Source: Octopus sinensis
Taxonomy: Eukaryota
NCBI RefSeq assembly: GCF_006345805.1
Contig: NC_043021.1
Location: 2,914,001 to 2,978,000, forward strand
DNA length: 64,000 nt
Direction: 5' to 3'
A program made the position numbers and the translations under genes. The notes under the pieces were generated by a model that made no database searches, had not been told where the DNA came from, and saw nothing but the letters and a program-made list of their open reading frames with translations. Shown piece by piece: positions 60,300 through 64,000 of this stretch; within the stretch, counting starts at the first letter, position 1, and every line of letters begins with the position of its first letter.

Positions 60300-60720
60300 A
60301 TTTCAAAAATCTATCTCAATAAAAACTCTGACCCATGTGAGCATGGGAAAGTGGATGTTAAACCAGTAATGAAGATGATGATGTAATTAATGAAAATCAC
60401 TTGATATCACCAAGGGCAGAAATATTCTCCCCACTTTAACCATCGTATGATAGGTAATACTCAATATATAGTAACCAAAACAGATAAATAAATTTTATAT
60501 GAAAAGAGTTATAACCCTTGAGGGGGTGGACAAACAACAAGTGCGGGTAGCACACTGCCAATTATGTTCATAGAGTTTAAGGTTTTGGCAACTGTGCATG
60601 TATTATTAGCAGAAAAAGCCCTGGTCTTCATCTCAGTACAAGTTCTCTCCCTTGTCCCTTTTGAGATTAAGCTTCGTAAGCGTTAACGACTTTCCTTCTT
60701 GTTACAATTATAGTTATAAA

Positions 60721-60861
60721 TCATCATCATCATCATCATCATCGTTTAACGTCCGTTCTCCATGCTAGCATGGGTTGGACGGTTCGACTGGGGATCTGGG
60801 AAGCCAGAATGCTGCACCAGGCTCCAGTCTTATCTGGCAATGTTTCTACAGCTGGATGCCC
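60721..60861 (-). mobile_element. Family C LINE tail, 5'-truncated
   Basis: (ATC)n-GTTTAACGTCCGTTCTCCATGCTAGC. Confidence 0.8.
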
Positions 60862-60939
60862 ATTACTTTTAATTACTACATTAAGTTTGGTTAGCCTGCA
60901 CTTGAATATACATGCATGCATGCATTATATAAACACAGG

Positions 60940-61225
60940 CACGGCTGCATGTTTAAGAAGTGCACTTTACAACATGGTTTTGGTTTCAGTTCCAATGTGC
61001 CATTCAATGCCATGTGAGTGAGTTTGGTAGATGGAAACTGTGTGGAATCCCATCAGATATATATGCGCTTGTGTTTGTCCCACTGATTGACAACTAATGT
61101 TGGTTTATGTCCCTGTAACTTAGTGGTTTGGCAAAAGTGATTGATAGAACAAGTACCAAACTTAAAGGTACATACTACGGTCAATTTGTTCGACTACGTT
61201 CTTCAAGGCAATGCCCCAGGGTATG
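60940..61225 (+). mobile_element. Old degraded SINE-A
   Basis: Diverged head and body motifs. Confidence 0.6.
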
Positions 61226-61429
61226 TACAGCCCATCTAAGATTTATGTGTGTGTGTGTGGTTGGATTTCTTGTTAGCTGACCTTTCATCACGTTCTGACT
61301 AAGTCAATATTTACCCACGCCCGGATGTGTTTTCTGTGGAAGATTGGTAGCGAAGGGCACCGCTTATGCAATGGTGATGCTTATTTACATCATGTGATGT
61401 TAAGACAAAGAAACAGACAGACACATGCA

Positions 61430-61446
61430 CTCACGTGTATATATAT

Positions 61447-61477
<31 letters not shown>

Positions 61478-61501
61478 CAATATATATTATATATATTATA
61501 T

Positions 61502-61542
<41 letters not shown>

Positions 61543-61576
61543 TATAATATATATAATATATATAATATATCTTATA

Positions 61577-61609
<33 letters not shown>

Positions 61610-62135
61610 TATAATATATATATATTATATATAGTATATTACACCACACAATATATAAATGCACACACATGTATATATACACACATATATAAATATATAT
61701 ATACACACACACGTATATGTACATACATATATAAATACATACGTACCTATACATATATATATAAATATATATACACACACATTATACATACATACATGTA
61801 TAAATATATACGCACACATACACATGCATATATGTGTGTGTATATATATATGTGTGTGTATGTGTGTGTATATATACACACACATAAATACACACACATG
61901 TAAATATACATACATATATAAATATATATATACACATATACGTATATGTACGTACATATATAAATACACACGCACATGTACATATACATATATATATACA
62001 CACACACTTTTACATACATGTATAAATATATATACGCACACATACACATGCATATATGTGTATATATATTATATATATGTGCGTGTGTGTGTGTGTTGCG
62101 TTGTGTGTGTATGTATTTAAGTGTATGTATATATA
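61430..62135. repeat. (TA)n/(CA)n low-complexity tract
   Basis: Seen directly. Confidence 0.95.
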
Positions 62136-62448
62136 ATATACATACACTTAAATAGGATAGGTTTCTTTCTGTTGCTGTCTACTAAATCCATTACAAGGTT
62201 TTGTTCAGTCTGGGGCTGTGTGGTTGTAGAAGACTCTTGTCCAAGGTGAACCTGAGACCATCTGGTTGGGAAGTGGAACTTCTGTAATCATACAAACATC
62301 CCTGCACCTGCCTTAGACATTATTATTATTATCATTAGGGTCCACAAAAGGGGTAGCTGTAATTAACAGACATTATTTCATTTGCCATACAAACTCCACT
62401 CTACTTCAAATCGCCTACAGCGACTTGTGTCTAGTCAAAGAAGACATA

Positions 62449-62536
<88 letters not shown>

Positions 62537-63049
62537 AACTGGCTATCGATGCAGTTGGTATTGTTGTTCTGTCTCAACCTCCCCCACCCGCTAAATTTGC
62601 TCTGACCAAACACAGTTCAAAGCCATTTCAGCCATGACCATTCCACCTGATTAGATTTAATGTCTAAGGACATAACGTTCTTTTTTTTTTCTTTTCTTTC
62701 TCAAGACAAATAAATGATCTGATTTGAAGGGGAAAATTGGCTGCTATTTCTAGCAAATTGAGCAATCATGTACAGAGGTTCCCTTGCTGTTACTACTACA
62801 GCCACCACCAACACCACTACCACCACTACTGCTAATACTACTACTTTGATAACTAATGATATCACTGATGTCCAGGCTGTGGAAAGCCTGTACATAGTTG
62901 CTCTCTCAATCTGCTAGAGATAGCAGCCAAATACCCCTCCCGCCTTCCAGTTCATAACACATCTTACCATGTTTCTATGTCTTTAAAAACAAATTGAAGG
63001 CAGAACAATTAGCCACATTATGACGATGTAGTCCTAAATATTACAATAT

Positions 63050-64000
<951 letters not shown>

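Overview
AT-rich, microsatellite-dense eukaryotic DNA made up almost entirely of repeats. It is most likely from an octopus or another coleoid cephalopod; this is inferred from the SINE and LINE families and no database search was run. I see no long host CDS. All long ORFs in the track are simple-repeat or transposon artefacts, and only two weak candidate exons were found. The window holds several tRNA-derived SINE families (my own labels A, B, D, E, F), many 5'-truncated RTE-clade LINE 3' ends (one family I label C, a BovB-like copy and an RTE-X-like copy), decayed maT, piggyBac and mariner transposase genes, hAT, Tc1/mariner and piggyBac MITEs, a Helitron/Helentron-like element, long foldback palindromes and one 100-N gap. 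Three signals stand out. (1) Four type I hammerhead-ribozyme-like motifs lie on the minus strand in apparently unrelated short elements, each with a non-consensus core position and with stem pairing I can read from the sequence; the best is at 58937-58991 inside a 19-bp inverted repeat. (2) SINE-B forms head-to-tail multimers at three loci with the same ~183-bp unit boundary, and the junction is the palindrome GAAATA-NG-TATTTC, which suggests panhandle-guided reverse-transcriptase jumping. (3) Retroelement 3' ends repeatedly amplify in tandem, including a hairpin-bearing 62-bp minisatellite in a LINE 3' UTR. Coordinates were counted by hand, and the ends of old repeats are approximate.
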